From Candidatus Kaiserbacteria bacterium (GTDB taxonomy: Bacteria > Patescibacteriota > Minisyncoccia > Phycocordibacterales > UBA918), in NCBI GenBank assembly GCA_019634005.1, contig JAHQWD010000003.1:2525-66524 (forward strand): 64,000 nucleotides of DNA. The letters run 5' to 3'. Both the position numbers and the translations under genes were made by a program. A model generated the notes under the pieces. That model was given only the letters and a program-made list of their open reading frames with translations, searched no databases and was not told the origin of the DNA. Each line of letters starts with the position of its first letter. The first letter of the stretch is position 1. Shown piece after piece: positions 27,680 through 37,518 of the stretch.

Positions 27680-28669
27680 ATGAGACGATGGATGAAACGC
27701 ATACTGATAGCTATTCTTGTTCTGATTCTTCTTAGTGTATTTCTCATCCAAAAGGAGAAACCAGAAGAGATTACGTATGGAATCTCTTTTAACACGCTCT
27801 ATGCCGAAGAGCTGGGTCTTGAACCGCGACAGGTCTATGATGCGTTCCTTGACGATCTTGGCGCACGGCATCTGCGGCTCGCGGCTCATTGGACAATGGT
27901 GGAGCCAGATCGGGATGTCTATGATTTTTCAGAGCTTGATTATCAGATAGCACGTGCAGAGGAAGTGGGTGCAGATGTGATCTTTGCAGTTGGGAGACGA
28001 CTTCCTCGTTGGCCAGAGTGTCATGTACCAGACTGGGCTCGACCACTTCCATGGGAGGCACAGAAAGAAGAAATTAAGAGGTACATTGAGACCGTTGTGG
28101 ATCGTTACAAGGAGAGTCCTGTTATCACGCACTGGCAAGTGGAGAACGAACCATATCTTGAAGTCTTTGCACAGGAACATTGTGGCGACTTTGACGAAGC
28201 TTTTCTCAAAGAAGAAATCGCACTGGTGCGGAGTCTTGATAACTCCCGCCCAATCTTGATCACCGACAGTGGAAATCTTGGTACATGGATCGGAGCGTAT
28301 CGGAATGGAGATGCTTTTGGAACAAGTGTCTATGTCTATTTCTGGAATCCAGAACTGGGACAGTTCCGCACTGTGCTTGCGCCATGGGTGTATCGGCTGA
28401 AAGAGGGTGTACTCGAACTCTTCTTTGGAAAGAAAGAGACCTTTTTGATAGAGCTCTCACTGGAGCCGTGGCTCTTAGAACCTGTGCAGGATGTCCCTGT
28501 TCCTGTGCAGTATAGCCGTATGCACGTTGGAAAATTTGATGAAATTATAGAGTACGCAAAAGCGACACGATATGAACGTCAGTATCTCTGGGGAGGAGAG
28601 TGGTGGTACTGGTTGAAACAGTACGGGCGTGGTGAATTGTGGGCTCATGGGAAGGCACTTTTTGAGTAA
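27680..28669 (+). CDS. membrane-anchored glycoside hydrolase (TIM-barrel, GH5/GH42-like)
   Basis: N-terminal TM anchor. HWQVENEP is an NEP acid/base motif. WPEC and WGGEWWYW are also present. Confidence 0.55.
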   Translation: MRRWMKRILIAILVLILLSVFLIQKEKPEEITYGISFNTLYAEELGLEPRQVYDAFLDDLGARHLRLAAHWTMVEPDRDVYDFSELDYQIARAEEVGADVIFAVGRRLPRWPECHVPDWARPLPWEAQKEEIKRYIETVVDRYKESPVITHWQVENEPYLEVFAQEHCGDFDEAFLKEEIALVRSLDNSRPILITDSGNLGTWIGAYRNGDAFGTSVYVYFWNPELGQFRTVLAPWVYRLKEGVLELFFGKKETFLIELSLEPWLLEPVQDVPVPVQYSRMHVGKFDEIIEYAKATRYERQYLWGGEWWYWLKQYGRGELWAHGKALFE

Positions 28670-28716
28670 TACGGTATACTGGAGCGTATAGTAATAAGAT
28701 ACGTACATATTTAAGT

Positions 28717-29823
28717 ATGAAGCAATTTATAGCATCTATTGCCGTCTGTGCGATGATCGCAACACCATTTTTCGCGTCTGCGGGGCCTGTTCTTCGGAGC
28801 GGAGAAACTGTTTCTGTTGATGCAGGACAGATGATTGATGGAGATTTCTATGGTGCAGGAGGCACGGTAACGCTCTCGGGAGATGTTCTCGGTGATGCAC
28901 TCGTTGCTGGAGGCTCGGTTACCATTAATGCTCCTGTCGACAGCGATGTCGCAATCGCTGGTGGAACCGTAAACATTCACGCACCGATAGCGGATGATCT
29001 CCGTGTTGCGGGAGGTGAAGTGAAGCTCGGTTCTGTTATTCAAGGAGACGTCGTGGTATTTGGTGGAGTCCTCCATGTGCTCTCGACTGCAGAGATTCAC
29101 GGAGACATTCTCTTCTTCGGCGGTGATCTTATCCTCGAAGGAAACACTGATGGATCGGTATTCAGTATGGCGGAAAATATTCGCGTGAATGCATTTGTAG
29201 GAGGGGATCTCGACCTTCGTGCTTCACGGAAGGTAACGCTTGGAGATAAGGCCGACATACAGGGAGACATTTCTTACGCATCACGACACGAGATCGTGCG
29301 TTCACAGAATGCAGTTGTTGTCGGTGACGTGGTTCGAGAGGAGTTCTCTGCTCCCGAAGGAGGGCACGTCGAAGCGGTCGTGATTTCACTTCTCATTATG
29401 GTATTTGCTGCATTGGTTGCACTCCTTGTCTTCCGCAGATTCCTCTCTGACACAGTGAATACTATTGGTGACGCATACGGGAAGCAGGGACTTATTGGTC
29501 TTGGAGTGCTTGTGCTTACACCAGTTGTCGCCTTCATTCTCATGGCAAGTGTGCTTGGTATGTACATTGGTATCTTCCTTCTCATCGTGTATGCCGCGTT
29601 TTTGATTGCTTCATGGATTCTTGCGGGGATTGTCCTTGGATCATATCTCATGAGATTCTACACAAAACGTCTTGAAGTATCTGCACGAACGGTTATCCTC
29701 GGTATTGTTGTGTTTGAGCTCATCGCATTAATTCCAGTACTGGGACCACTCTTTGTGCTCGTGTTCACCTTGATTGTCCTTGGAAATATTGCGACACGGA
29801 CATATCACAGTGTTCGTTCATAG
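28717..29823 (+). CDS. bactofilin-like beta-helix repeat protein with signal peptide and C-terminal 4-TM domain
   Basis: Signal peptide MKQFIASIAVCAMIATPFFASA. Repeated GDVxGDALVAGGSVTINAPV / GGEVKLGSVIQGDVVV-type units. Hydrophobic C-terminal third. Confidence 0.55.
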   Translation: MKQFIASIAVCAMIATPFFASAGPVLRSGETVSVDAGQMIDGDFYGAGGTVTLSGDVLGDALVAGGSVTINAPVDSDVAIAGGTVNIHAPIADDLRVAGGEVKLGSVIQGDVVVFGGVLHVLSTAEIHGDILFFGGDLILEGNTDGSVFSMAENIRVNAFVGGDLDLRASRKVTLGDKADIQGDISYASRHEIVRSQNAVVVGDVVREEFSAPEGGHVEAVVISLLIMVFAALVALLVFRRFLSDTVNTIGDAYGKQGLIGLGVLVLTPVVAFILMASVLGMYIGIFLLIVYAAFLIASWILAGIVLGSYLMRFYTKRLEVSARTVILGIVVFELIALIPVLGPLFVLVFTLIVLGNIATRTYHSVRS

Positions 29824-29839
29824 GACTCACCTTCACCAA

Positions 29840-29867
29840 AAACACCCCGTTTCGGGGTGTTTTTGGT
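29840..29867 (+). terminator. intrinsic terminator
   Basis: AAAAACACCCCG-ttt-CGGGGTGTTTTTGG. Confidence 0.65.
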
Positions 29868-29880
29868 ACAATGTGCTCCT

Positions 29881-30549
29881 ATGACTCCCTCAAAGAAGAA
29901 ACAGAGGACTGATCGGGTAAAGAAGATGAATACAGTGCTCAGGAAGCTCTATCCTGAAGCAAAGATTGCGCTTCACTATACGACAGACTTTGAGTGCCTC
30001 GTTGCGGTACAGCTTTCCGCACAGTGTACTGACGAGCGGGTGAATAAAGTGACTGCAACACTCTTTAAGAAGTATAAAACCATAGAAGATTACGCGAGTG
30101 CTGCACAGTCTGTCTTTGAGCAAGATATCTACCAGACAGGATTCTTTCGAAACAAAGCAAAGAACATCATTGCCGCCGCAAAGATGATACAAGAAGAGTT
30201 GGGTGGGGTATTGCCACGGACAATGGAGGAGATGGTGCGGATTCCTGGTGTTGCTCGGAAGACTGCAAATGTCGTACTTTCCACGCTCTACGGTATCCAT
30301 GAGGGTATTGCGGTTGATACTCATGTCAGGCGGTTTGCGATTCGCTTTGATCTCTCAGACCATACAGATCCAGTGCGTATAGAACGAGATCTTATGGAAA
30401 TTATGCCGAGGGAAGAATGGTGGGGATTTAATCATCGGCTTGTACACTATGGACGAGATTACTGTCCTGCACGAAAACACGAGTGTAAAGACCACCCGCT
30501 AACTAATATATACCCGAAAGCGGAGCAGGTGTGGCCAAAAGCACGGTAG
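29881..30549 (+). CDS. nth: endonuclease III-like HhH-GPD DNA glycosylase lacking the [4Fe-4S] cluster loop
   Basis: LVAVQLSAQCTDERVN, HhH IPGVARKTANVVL and VDTHVRR (catalytic Asp). The C-terminus has only C-x7-C instead of C-x6-C-x2-C-x5-C. Confidence 0.8.
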   Translation: MTPSKKKQRTDRVKKMNTVLRKLYPEAKIALHYTTDFECLVAVQLSAQCTDERVNKVTATLFKKYKTIEDYASAAQSVFEQDIYQTGFFRNKAKNIIAAAKMIQEELGGVLPRTMEEMVRIPGVARKTANVVLSTLYGIHEGIAVDTHVRRFAIRFDLSDHTDPVRIERDLMEIMPREEWWGFNHRLVHYGRDYCPARKHECKDHPLTNIYPKAEQVWPKAR

Positions 30550-30565
30550 GGTATACTAAGTGTGT

Positions 30566-30784
30566 ATGAGTAAAACAATGACATGTAAGGAGCTTGGAGG
30601 CGTTTGCGAACAAATATTCTCTGGTGAGACACTCATGGATATTATGGGGAAAGCCATGCCACACATGGGTGTTGACGAAGCACATAAGGAACACATCGCA
30701 CACCTCTCCGAAACAACAGGTGAGACAAAAGATCAGTGGATGGAGCGTATGCAACAGGTGTTTACCGATAAGCCAGAAGACTAG
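30566..30784 (+). CDS. DUF1059-family small protein
   Basis: MSKTMTCKELGGVCEQIFSGETLMDIMGKAMPHM pattern. Confidence 0.55.
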   Translation: MSKTMTCKELGGVCEQIFSGETLMDIMGKAMPHMGVDEAHKEHIAHLSETTGETKDQWMERMQQVFTDKPED

Positions 30785-30787
30785 CCT

Positions 30788-31471
30788 ATGCAAAAGATAG
30801 CCTTTTTTGATATCGACGGAACTGTCTTTCGTTCAAGTCTTTTAATAGAGCTTGTTGAGCGTCTTATCGAACGCGGTATTTTCCCGAAAGAAGCCACAGA
30901 AATGTACGAAGAAGAGTTTCGTCTGTGGCAGGATCGGGAAGGGACATACGAAGCGTATATTGGTGCTGTGGTCGATGCGTTTCGAACACACATCAAGGGC
31001 GTGTTCTACGGAGACCTTGCTGACATCGGGCGAGAGGTGGTGGCTGAGAAAAGCAAACATGTCTATCGCTACACACGAGACCGTATCTCTGAGCTGAAGG
31101 CAGAAGGATATTATGTTGTTGCAATTTCTCAGTCTCCAAAGACAATCCTTGATGATTTCTGTAAGGAATATGGATTTGATAAGGTCTACGGCCGTATCTA
31201 TGAGATTGGTCCGCAGGATCGTTTTACAGGCATTGTCTCTGATGAGCATCTGATACAGAACAAGGCGAATATTGTGAAGAGAGTGCTCGATGCTGGTGAC
31301 TTTACGCTTGAAGGCTCTGTAGGTGTTGGTGATACAGAGGGAGACATCTCACTTCTTGAGATGGTTGAGCGACCAATCTGCTTTAATCCAAACAAAGCGC
31401 TCTACACCTATGCAAAGCGTATGGAGTGGGTTGTTGTTGTAGAGCGAAAAGATGTAGTATATGAGCTATGA
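30788..31471 (+). CDS. HAD-superfamily hydrolase (subfamily IB-like)
   Basis: Motif I FFDIDGTV. 227 aa. Confidence 0.7.
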   Translation: MQKIAFFDIDGTVFRSSLLIELVERLIERGIFPKEATEMYEEEFRLWQDREGTYEAYIGAVVDAFRTHIKGVFYGDLADIGREVVAEKSKHVYRYTRDRISELKAEGYYVVAISQSPKTILDDFCKEYGFDKVYGRIYEIGPQDRFTGIVSDEHLIQNKANIVKRVLDAGDFTLEGSVGVGDTEGDISLLEMVERPICFNPNKALYTYAKRMEWVVVVERKDVVYEL

Positions 31472-31680
31472 AACGGAGAATATACCGAAGTGATGAACAG
31501 AGAGTGATTGCGGGAGTTTTTGGCGGTCTTGCAGAGCGTTTTAATCATGATGTCGTACTGTGGCGACTTGGTGCCGTTGTCTGCCTAGTACTTACTGGCT
31601 TGATGCCAGGTGTACTTCTTTATTTCCTCGCGGCTTTGATCATTCCCACAAAAGGTTCTGCAGATTACGTAATTGAATGA
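31468..31680 (+). CDS. PspC-domain membrane protein
   Basis: RIYRSDEQRVIAGVFGGLAERFNHDVVLWRL and a TM helix. Confidence 0.7.
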   Translation: MKRRIYRSDEQRVIAGVFGGLAERFNHDVVLWRLGAVVCLVLTGLMPGVLLYFLAALIIPTKGSADYVIE

Positions 31681-32459
31681 CGAAAAAAGAACAGCAGTTT
31701 GTACGCACCGTCCGTGCTTTTTATAAAAAGAGTGGACGACACACCCTTCCGTGGCGGAAGACAAAGAATCCGTACAGGATTCTCGTGTCTGAGATAATGC
31801 TCCAGCAAACACAGGTGGAACGGGTGCTCCCGAAGTATAAGGAGTTTCTGAAAGTGTTCCCGACCATGCGGGAGCTTAAAGAAGCATCACTTGGTGATGT
31901 GCTCCGCACGTGGCAGGGGCTGGGGTATAACAGACGAGCACAAATGCTCCACGAGTGTGCAAAGATATGCAGAGGGGCACTTCCAAAGACATATGAGGAG
32001 TTAGTGACACTTCCTGGCATCGGTTCCTACACAGCAGGAGCAGTGATGGCATTTGCACACAATGTCCCTGTTCCCGTCATTGAGACGAATATTCGTACGG
32101 TGTATCTACATCATTTTTTTGAGAATAAAAAGAATGTCTCTGACAGTGCAATCTTAGAGAAGGTAGAGAAAACATTAGATACAAAAAATCCAAGAGAGTG
32201 GTATTGGGCGCTGATGGACTACGGTGCTTTTCTCAAGAAGAAACATGGGAATACAAACGTACGGAGTAGACACTATACGAAACAATCTCGTTTTAAAGGG
32301 TCTGATCGGGAGATTCGCGGAGCGATTGTGCGTACACTTGCGGGTGGAAAAAGTATCAAGGAACTCTCTTTTGATACAAAAAGAGTGGAAGAGCAACTAG
32401 AGAAACTTGTCAGAGAAGGAATGATAGTGAAGGTAGGGAAGGGGTATCGGTTGCCATAA
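31677..32459 (+). CDS. MutY-like HhH-GPD adenine glycosylase catalytic domain (no FeS loop, no C-terminal MutT-like domain)
   Basis: LPWRKTKNPYRILVSEIMLQQTQVERV and HhH LPGIGSYTAGAVMAF. Only two Cys. 260 aa. Confidence 0.7.
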   Translation: MTKKEQQFVRTVRAFYKKSGRHTLPWRKTKNPYRILVSEIMLQQTQVERVLPKYKEFLKVFPTMRELKEASLGDVLRTWQGLGYNRRAQMLHECAKICRGALPKTYEELVTLPGIGSYTAGAVMAFAHNVPVPVIETNIRTVYLHHFFENKKNVSDSAILEKVEKTLDTKNPREWYWALMDYGAFLKKKHGNTNVRSRHYTKQSRFKGSDREIRGAIVRTLAGGKSIKELSFDTKRVEEQLEKLVREGMIVKVGKGYRLP

Positions 32460-32495
32460 TATGTCTACTTCACTTTACATCACACATAGTGTAGG

Positions 32496-32714
32496 ATGTC
32501 ACTCATGGCAGAAACAGTAAACAATACGGTGCGTACACTCCGTACGGAGCGTGGCGTGACCCAGGAAGACCTCGCTGGAGCGGTGGGCGTTTCTCGTCAG
32601 ACCATTATCGCCATAGAGAAGGGAAGCTATGTTCCGTCTGTTCTCTTGGCGCTTAAATTAGCAACATACTTTAACGTATCGGTCGAAGACCTCTTTTCAT
32701 ATGAAGCATCTTAA
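32496..32714 (+). CDS. XRE-family HTH transcriptional regulator
   Basis: VTQEDLAGAVGVSRQTIIAIEKG. An imperfect palindrome ACATCACACATAGTGTAGGATGT lies just upstream. Confidence 0.8.
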   Translation: MSLMAETVNNTVRTLRTERGVTQEDLAGAVGVSRQTIIAIEKGSYVPSVLLALKLATYFNVSVEDLFSYEAS

Positions 32715-33063
32715 ACCATTCACCGTCGAAATACTTTTAATTGTTGTCCTTGCAATCCTTTCATTAGGTATTCTTGGGGTATTCTGGATGCCTATGGGTA
32801 TGCACGTCGCGGCACTTGCACTGCTTGTAGTTTTCTTCGGTGCATATGCAATCTATGGCCTTAGAGAGCGCGGGGGAGATGAGCGTGAGGTGTCACTCCT
32901 CCACAAATCTGACCGTGTTGCATTTTTTGCGGGAGCAACAGTACTCCTCATTGCTATCATCTACGAGAGCATCACCAATTATATGAGTGATCCGTGGATT
33001 GTGGTCGCACTCTTTGCCATGGTTGTCGCAAAGGCAGGCGCGTATATATATCACAATCGGTAA
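32701..33063 (+). CDS. small membrane protein co-transcribed with the XRE regulator
   Basis: 3-4 TM helices. Overlaps the regulator's stop. Confidence 0.5.
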   Translation: MKHLKPFTVEILLIVVLAILSLGILGVFWMPMGMHVAALALLVVFFGAYAIYGLRERGGDEREVSLLHKSDRVAFFAGATVLLIAIIYESITNYMSDPWIVVALFAMVVAKAGAYIYHNR

Positions 33064-33064
33064 A

Positions 33065-33094
33065 GAAAAACCCCGCATATGCGGGGTTTTTCTT
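33065..33094. terminator. bidirectional intrinsic terminator
   Basis: AAAAACCCCGCATATGCGGGGTTTTTC. Confidence 0.75.
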
Positions 33095-35010
33095 TAAATA
33101 CCGATCAATACGGGGATCACCATAGGTGTCTTGTTGGTCTTTTGGAGAAGGAATCCAGAGACCACATCAGTCAATTGATCTTTTACACTATCAAGATCGA
33201 TAGGATGTGTTCTTGCTGTTGCCTGTTCGACAGTTTTCTTTATGAGCACACGTGCCTCAGAAAGAAGTTGCTGGTTTTCTCGGAGATAGACAAAACCGCG
33301 GGAGATGACATCGGGGGACTTTCGTAGTTTTCCTGTCTTAGGGTTTACGGTTGCAATAATCACAAATATACCATCGGCTGCCAGTGACTGACGATCGCGG
33401 AGGACTACTTCTTGTTTTTCTCCAACAGTAAAGCCATCAACGACCATGATTTCTGATGGCACCTTCTCCTTATGAATAAAGAGATCGGTGCCGTTGGTGA
33501 TATCAATGACCATACCATTGTCGGAAATGATGACATTTTCTTTCGGAAATCCATTCTCGATATGGGCGTACGCCTGACTTCGAATCATAGAATGATACCC
33601 ATAGGCAGGCATGACAAACTTTGGCTTAATTTGCTCACGAATCCAAACCAACTCACCAGAGTTACCGTGTCCCGTCGAGTGGACGTCAGAGGTACGGTAG
33701 TGGACGAGCTTCACGCCTTTTCGGTATAGGTTATCTTTTAGTTTCTGCACAGAGAGTTCATTTCCTGGGATGACAGAAGAAGAGAGCATGATAGTGTCAC
33801 GTTCAGTGAGGGACACGAACTTGTGTCGACCAGTAGCAAAACGCATCAATGCCGCAAACTCCTCACCTTGTGCACCAGTTGAAAGAATAACAATACGGTC
33901 AGAAGGGTAGTTTTCAATCTCTTGGATAGGGATAATCGTTCCTGGGTCAACTTTCATTAATCCAGAACGTTCAGCAATCTCAAGATTTGTCTTCATACTT
34001 CGACCCTCAACCGCAACTTTTTTGCCTAAGGTCTGACATATCATGATGATTCGAATCATGCGCTCGAATTGTGAGGCAAATGTTCCGACAATGAGACGAC
34101 CTTTGACGGTGCTAATAATCTCCTCAATTGTGTCGTGCACACGTTGCTCTGGTACAGAGAAACCTGATCGTTCAGAGTTAGTCGAGTCACTGATGAAAAG
34201 GAGATTGTTGTCCTGTCCAAGCTCCCCCCAGACCTTCTTTTCTCTATCGGATGGTTCAGTACCATCATGTTCCAATTTGAGGTCACCAGAGATGACAATA
34301 TTGCCATGCTTTGTCTCAACAGAGATACCCATAGAGTCAGGAATAGAGTGGGTCACTGGGAATGGCTTGATGTAGGTATTCCCGATCTTTACTCGTTTTC
34401 CTGGTTCAATGACGTGCATATCAACAGGGTCAAGGTGTGGGAATTCTTCCTGACGCTTCAAAATCATGAGCGAGGTCAGATAACGAGTATAAATTGGTGG
34501 ATTACCAATTCGTTCAATAATGAATGGAATACCACCGATATGGTCAAGGTGTCCGTGAGTGATAATAAGCCCACGAATCTTATCCTTGTTTTCCTCCAGA
34601 TATTGAGTGCTCGGGAGAATGTAGTTAACACCAGGAGCATCACTCTCACCTGAAACAAATTGAAAACCTGCGTCGAAAATGAGGATGTCATCCTTCGTCT
34701 CGATTGCCGTCATGTTTTTACCAACCTCTTCTACTCCTCCAAGAGGGATAATGCGTACGGTATTCTCGTCAGTAATTGGTGGGATAGGAGTAGTCTTCCC
34801 GTCTGGTGTTGCCATTCGGTGCTTGAGTGCGGGGTTGGTAAAGCTTCGGGGTTTCCGAGCGATACCATTTCGACGACGACGCGCGTTCTTTCGCGCAGGA
34901 CGATGATTTCCTCCACTACGCGACGGATTCTTCCGTGATGGTGTCTTCCGCGACGGCGGTCGACGGCGTGGTCGTGCTGAATTCTGTGTTGTTGTTTTCT
35001 TTTCGTTCAT
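33094..35010 (-). CDS. rnj: ribonuclease J (beta-CASP metallo-beta-lactamase) with Arg-rich N-terminal extension
   Basis: HGHLDHIGG and beta-CASP motifs. The N-terminal ~70 aa are extremely basic (ARPRRRPPSRKTPSRKNPSRSGGNHRPARKNARRRRNG). Confidence 0.9.
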   Translation of the reverse strand: MNEKKTTTQNSARPRRRPPSRKTPSRKNPSRSGGNHRPARKNARRRRNGIARKPRSFTNPALKHRMATPDGKTTPIPPITDENTVRIIPLGGVEEVGKNMTAIETKDDILIFDAGFQFVSGESDAPGVNYILPSTQYLEENKDKIRGLIITHGHLDHIGGIPFIIERIGNPPIYTRYLTSLMILKRQEEFPHLDPVDMHVIEPGKRVKIGNTYIKPFPVTHSIPDSMGISVETKHGNIVISGDLKLEHDGTEPSDREKKVWGELGQDNNLLFISDSTNSERSGFSVPEQRVHDTIEEIISTVKGRLIVGTFASQFERMIRIIMICQTLGKKVAVEGRSMKTNLEIAERSGLMKVDPGTIIPIQEIENYPSDRIVILSTGAQGEEFAALMRFATGRHKFVSLTERDTIMLSSSVIPGNELSVQKLKDNLYRKGVKLVHYRTSDVHSTGHGNSGELVWIREQIKPKFVMPAYGYHSMIRSQAYAHIENGFPKENVIISDNGMVIDITNGTDLFIHKEKVPSEIMVVDGFTVGEKQEVVLRDRQSLAADGIFVIIATVNPKTGKLRKSPDVISRGFVYLRENQQLLSEARVLIKKTVEQATARTHPIDLDSVKDQLTDVVSGFLLQKTNKTPMVIPVLIGI

Positions 35011-35020
35011 AATTACTTTG

Positions 35021-36739
35021 TTACTTTAAAAATGTCCATATAAAATTCGTGTCCATGTACCACTCTGCTATATGCGCAAACCGTTCATGTGATTCACCGA
35101 GACCTGTAAACGGTGTGATGGTGACCTCCTCGGGGAGGACGTATACAAATTGTGGGCTAAAGAGAAAGATGGCAGGCACATCGCTTGTTACCTCAGCAGC
35201 AAACTCCTCAAGTGCCGCGATCCGTCCTGTCTCATCAGTGCTGGTTCGTGCGGTAGTGAGTGCCGCATCTGCTGTAATATTTGCATAGAGTGCAACGTTG
35301 AGCCCAGGATCGTTTCTCTGGGATGAGTGCCAGAATGAATAGAGATCAAGGGCACGACCAAGGACGGTACCAAAGAGTAAGGTTTCATATTCACGTGGTC
35401 GAATGACTGCCTGTGTCAGATCAGACTGCTCGAACCGCTTTACTTCCACAGAGACACCAAGCTGTTCCCATGTCTCTTGGATGATCTGCGCAGTCTCTTC
35501 AAAGAGAGGACTATTGGCTGTAGAGATACTGACACGGAGCTCTATAACCTCGTCGTCTTCCTCTTTTTCCCAAGTACCAGTCTCCTCATTGAGTCTCCAT
35601 CCACCTGTGCGAAGGATGTCGCGTGCGTCATCAAGTGAAGATGTGATAGATGTACTTTCTTTTACAGAGACACCAAATCCATATGGAATCGGTCCAGTGA
35701 GTGGTTGTCCATATCCATCAAGCACTCTGTCCACCAACGCCTCTCGGTCAAGAGCGACATTGAGCGCGCGACGTACGTAGATATCACGCAGCACTTCGGA
35801 TTTGTTCTGGTTAAAGAACACCGCGAACGTTCGGGGAAGTGTTGTAGTCGTGATACGGAATGGCGTGTCCTTATCTGGCGTGAGAAGCGACGGGTCAATA
35901 TGCGCGGCGCCGTCAATTGTCCCTTTGTTAAACGCCTCTACTCGCCGCGCTTCATTAGCAAAGAAAGAGAGTACAAAGGTACTAATCTTTGCAGGTGTAC
36001 CGTGGTATGCGTTAAATGGTATGAGTACATATGAAGATGGGACGCCGCCGTCACGGATGATGTGCTTTATCTTATATGGTCCTGCACCAATAGGCTCACT
36101 GTTGTACTGGCTGAACGGGAATTCTTCTGCAGAGGTTTCTCCCCAGATGTGTTTTGGAAGGATCCCAACCGTGAGGTTCTCTATGAATGGCGCATATGGC
36201 TCTTCAAGAATGAAGTTGAGCTCATAGTCCCCAAGCACCTCTAGTGTGACCCCATCCCAGCTCGCACGAAGTGGTGAGGCGATCAGTGGATCTTGGATGT
36301 GTTCAATGGTGAATGCAACATCCTCTGCAGTGAGTGACTCATTATCGTGGAATGAGACGTCCTGACGCAAGATGACGTTATACACTAGTCCGTCATCAGA
36401 GATGGTCACCGATGCTGCTATATCAGGCACGATAGTTCCGTCGGATGAAAGACGTGTAAGTCCTGCATAGATAAGTTGGCTCACATCCTTGTCCGCAGAC
36501 GTTAGTGCGAGGACTGGGTTTACAAACCGTGGTGTCCCCACGATTCCTTCAGTAAATGTACCGCCTCGTGTCGGTACATCCGTACTGATCTCCTTGTTTG
36601 CAGCAAGGATTACCCAGATGAGAGAGATAAAGACGACACCGGCAAGTACAAAAAGCACAAAACGGTCTCCTGTGCGGAGGTTATATGCGTACGTGAGGAG
36701 TCGGTTAACGAATGCGTTCGGTTTCATCAGTAGAGACAA
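35021..36739 (-). CDS. ABC transporter substrate-binding protein, family 5 (oligopeptide/nickel type)
   Basis: 572 aa with an N-terminal TM/signal anchor and an SBP_bac_5-like pattern (LNVALDREALVDRVLDGYGQPLTGPIP). Confidence 0.7.
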   Translation of the reverse strand: MSLLMKPNAFVNRLLTYAYNLRTGDRFVLFVLAGVVFISLIWVILAANKEISTDVPTRGGTFTEGIVGTPRFVNPVLALTSADKDVSQLIYAGLTRLSSDGTIVPDIAASVTISDDGLVYNVILRQDVSFHDNESLTAEDVAFTIEHIQDPLIASPLRASWDGVTLEVLGDYELNFILEEPYAPFIENLTVGILPKHIWGETSAEEFPFSQYNSEPIGAGPYKIKHIIRDGGVPSSYVLIPFNAYHGTPAKISTFVLSFFANEARRVEAFNKGTIDGAAHIDPSLLTPDKDTPFRITTTTLPRTFAVFFNQNKSEVLRDIYVRRALNVALDREALVDRVLDGYGQPLTGPIPYGFGVSVKESTSITSSLDDARDILRTGGWRLNEETGTWEKEEDDEVIELRVSISTANSPLFEETAQIIQETWEQLGVSVEVKRFEQSDLTQAVIRPREYETLLFGTVLGRALDLYSFWHSSQRNDPGLNVALYANITADAALTTARTSTDETGRIAALEEFAAEVTSDVPAIFLFSPQFVYVLPEEVTITPFTGLGESHERFAHIAEWYMDTNFIWTFLK

Positions 36740-36782
36740 TAAAAGTGCTGTCGTAAGGTAATAGTACTATAAGACGCTCGTT

Positions 36783-37013
36783 CTAGAGCGCGAGACTGAG
36801 GATTGCAGAGAGCACAAAAAGTACGCCAACTACCATCGAGAACTTAAAAAGAAAGAGTTCCGCTCCTCGTCGTTTGCTGAATGTTGCACTAAAGTTATCT
36901 CCTCCGAATGCGCCACCAAGGCTTGATCCGCGTTGCTGCAGAAGCACTGCTGCGACGAGTAGGATGGAGAGGATAATCTGTGCGTACGGAAGAATAGTAC
37001 GTATGATTTCCAT
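36783..37013 (-). CDS. secG: preprotein translocase subunit SecG
   Basis: 76 aa, two TM helices and a Gly-rich loop (RGSSLGGAFGGDNFSATF). Confidence 0.75.
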   Translation of the reverse strand: MEIIRTILPYAQIILSILLVAAVLLQQRGSSLGGAFGGDNFSATFSKRRGAELFLFKFSMVVGVLFVLSAILSLAL

Positions 37014-37056
37014 GACGAGTCGATAGTATCAGAAAAGAGAGGGTTCTGCAATGGGG

Positions 37057-37509
37057 TTATTTTTTCAGTTCCTCCACCTTTGCAAGTAGGTCTTCTACTT
37101 TCTGTGAGAGTTGTGCGATCGCTTCTCGATCTTTCTCTTCCTCAATGTCATCCTCCTGCATTTCTTCGTCAATCTCTTCAATATCTTCCTGGATCTCATC
37201 AATGTCTTCCTCTACCTCTCGAAGGCTAGCGGTGTTCTGGTTCACCGACATTTGAATAAAGATAGCAAGGTAGATTGCTTCAAGTGAGACGACGGTGGTC
37301 AGTACCAAAAGGATCCGATTCCAGGAAAAGATATCAAAGATACCGAAGAGGAAGGAGAAGATGAAGATAAGGGTATGAATCATCAAGGAAGATGGAGAGC
37401 CAATCCACTCGATAATGGTTTCGATTGAGGGTATAAGCCGTCTTTGTTTGCGTTTCTTCATCCTGTGGAGTATAGCATAAGAAAAGGCCAGCACCGTGGT
37501 GCTGACCAA
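37057..37509 (-). CDS. hypothetical membrane protein with acidic coiled-coil C-terminus
   Basis: Two TM helices, then DIDEIQEDIEEIDEEMQEDDIEEEKD. Confidence 0.5.
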   Translation of the reverse strand: MVSTTVLAFSYAILHRMKKRKQRRLIPSIETIIEWIGSPSSLMIHTLIFIFSFLFGIFDIFSWNRILLVLTTVVSLEAIYLAIFIQMSVNQNTASLREVEEDIDEIQEDIEEIDEEMQEDDIEEEKDREAIAQLSQKVEDLLAKVEELKK

Positions 37510-37518
37510 CTTCCTTTC

